Shown piece by piece: positions 35,075 to 36,730 of a stretch of 36,730 nucleotides of DNA (the stretch's first letter is position 1; the number at the start of each line of letters is the position of its first letter). Below the pieces are notes generated by a model. That model ran no database searches. It saw only the letters and a program-made list of their open reading frames with translations, and was not told the origin of the DNA. The position numbers and the translations under genes are program-made. The DNA comes from Hydrurus foetidus (taxonomy: Eukaryota): positions 1 through 36,730 of the forward strand of contig UYFQ01000288.1 in the NCBI GenBank assembly GCA_900617105.1. The letters are read 5' to 3'.

Positions 35075-35292
35075 TGTGACCCGCACACCCGTACGGGCTG
35101 TACGGGTACAGGCGTACGTTCGGACCGGATCGAGGACGATCCGACCCATCCGATTCATTGCCATGATACCTGCTGTGTTTACCTGTAAGCTAACCACATT
35201 GTTTTCCATAGCAATAGCTCTTCCAGCACCCTTTCCCTTGCTCCCGCTTTCAGCTGACCCGCTCCCAGTGCCCAGATCCTGGCAAGGCCACA
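35075..35292 (+). repeat. 5' LTR (218 bp, TGTG...CACA)
   Basis: Shares TGTGACCCGCACA, GGCGTACGTTCGG, GGACGATCCGA, CCATCCGATTCAT, CTGTAAGCTAACCACAT and AGGCCACA with the LTR at 2916. Confidence 0.88.
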
Positions 35293-35844
35293 ATACCGGT
35301 ATTTGGAACCAGCTAGTGATCTCTAAGATCCAAGTTGACCAAACGTCCCAACAAAAAATCCCGTAACGACCGTAAAACAGTCTGAGCAACAAGTTGAGTA
35401 ACTCTCCAAGAGTGAAAACCACCCCAAACGATACTACAAAGGTCTCGTCAACGCGACAGCCTCTGAATCGTAGTCGTTAGCGACCTCAAATATTGGCGAT
35501 TTATTCCCAAAATATCGTGCAGCTCTTCTACGCGAAGGCTTACGAAGGAAAGGAACTTGCAAGCAAGTAACACCTCCCAAACTCGTTCACGAACGAAATC
35601 CAACGCGCCCACGCCCAGCTTCGTTCCTTACGAAGCCGCCGCCCACGTCCAAATTTTGTTGTGATTTCCTCCCGAAATCGCACCAAACCATTCCAATCCC
35701 CCTGACTCCTACTACCACATCCTTAACCTACTATTCCTCACACTCGAACAACCTACTCCTCATTTCCCTGAATCACCGCGTCCGCGTTCCGTCGCTGTCC
35801 AAGACGCAGAGTTCCAGTGAGAATTCCCACGCCAAGTTTTCAAG

Positions 35845-36730
35845 ATGGTCAAGGCCCAAAAAACCAAGAAAGAGAGCTCTAGCGAAGCTAGCTCATCCTC
35901 CAAACGCTCCAAACCCCAAAATATCCTATTCCTATCGGATAAAGAGAAGGCTAAACTCGAGCGTCTCGCTCGGGAAGACAATATAGCCAACTCCATGAAG
36001 ACGCTGGGCAAATCGGCTATCAAAGCCTCGAGCACCCATACGCGCATATCCGACGATTTGGCGACAAACGAAGCACGCTTCCTGCAGCTACAACAAGAAC
36101 GTGAACGCAATCGCGTGCGACTTGAGGTGCTGCAGGAACAGGCTGACAACAGATCTGATCTCGAAGAACAAGAACTGAAAGACTTGTCAGCCTGGATGCA
36201 AGAGACAAATGACTTACACAGTCTAATCCCTCAGTCAGATGAGGATGGCTCTCCAATCCGACCTCAAACCGAAGAAGAAGAGGATATCAATCCTTCTCAA
36301 ACGGAAGAGGGCGACGACACACTCGGTACCAAAATATTTCCGAAGGAAATTCTCTCCGACGATGATAACGTCTCGGTGCCTGACAACGCCTCGGAAGAGG
36401 CGGAAGACGAATAAACCAACGACGAAACCGAAGAGGAAGATAACAACCCCGTCGATACCAAGTCCAAATCGGACGAGGAAGATCAAAGTGAGTCGGAAGC
36501 GTCAACACCACCGTCACCAAAACCAAAAAAAGAAAAAGGCTATGCCAAACAAACCCCTTGCCAAAACAAGGGAAGCAAAACCACTCTCTGCTGTCCAATC
36601 TGAAGACAAACCCACGCGTGCTACCAGATCCAAAACGTCGAAAGCAACGGTAGCAGCTGAAAAGAAGTCATCGACAGCTTCCACGAAAGCGACTGCCACT
36701 TCAAACCGCAAGCGCAAAACCGAAGAGGCA
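35845..36730 (+). pseudogene. Gag-position ORF (low-complexity N-terminus), disrupted, partial
   Basis: First ORF after the 5' LTR. Acidic/basic coding-like sequence continues past an in-frame TAA at 36412-36414, with a probable frameshift in the A-run near 36530. No capsid motif visible in the window. Confidence 0.55.

Larger units (their letters stand above)
35075..36730 (+). mobile_element. Second Gypsy-family LTR retrotransposon, 5' part (continues beyond window)
   Basis: LTR homologous to 2916-3132, followed by a ~550-bp leader and a long charged ORF. Confidence 0.82.

Noticed and set aside
2916..35292. One giant LTR element enclosing the host genes
   Set aside because: The left LTR follows pol and the PPT (3' LTR) and the right LTR precedes a gag-position ORF (5' LTR). 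They are too diverged to be a pair and have no shared TSD.
34745..35422. 225-aa minus-strand ORF
   Set aside because: Chimeric: its first half is the antisense of the LTR and leader, read through the insertion junction.

Overview
Eukaryotic genomic DNA with short GT-AG introns, most likely from a photosynthetic stramenopile (ochrophyte). This is inferred from bipartite plastid-targeting leaders, diatom PtCA-type beta-carbonic anhydrases and a CryptonS-type element. A compact block of host genes (12.2-29.5 kb) contains mitochondrial ribosomal protein bL34, two plastid beta-carbonic anhydrase genes, an LRRC34-like protein, a small coiled-coil protein, a USP22/Ubp8-like deubiquitinase and a PCF11-like factor. 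Nested, mostly decaying transposons flank it. Left side: the 3' half of a chromodomain Ty3/Gypsy retrotransposon, a Crypton tyrosine-recombinase element with a PIF/Harbinger transposon inside it, and a TA-flanked TIR element containing a MITE. Right side: a TA-flanked non-autonomous TIR element and a degenerate Harbinger interrupted by a second, related Gypsy element. The most notable feature is the carbonic anhydrase locus. Reconstructed splicing gives one single-domain gene (309 aa) and one gene fusing two complete beta-CA domains in one 580-aa chain. All three domains keep the zinc ligands, a PtCA1-like C-terminal amphipathic helix and a conserved Cys pair, and both promoters share a module containing TGACGT (CCRE-like). 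All calls come from manual reading; no database search was run.
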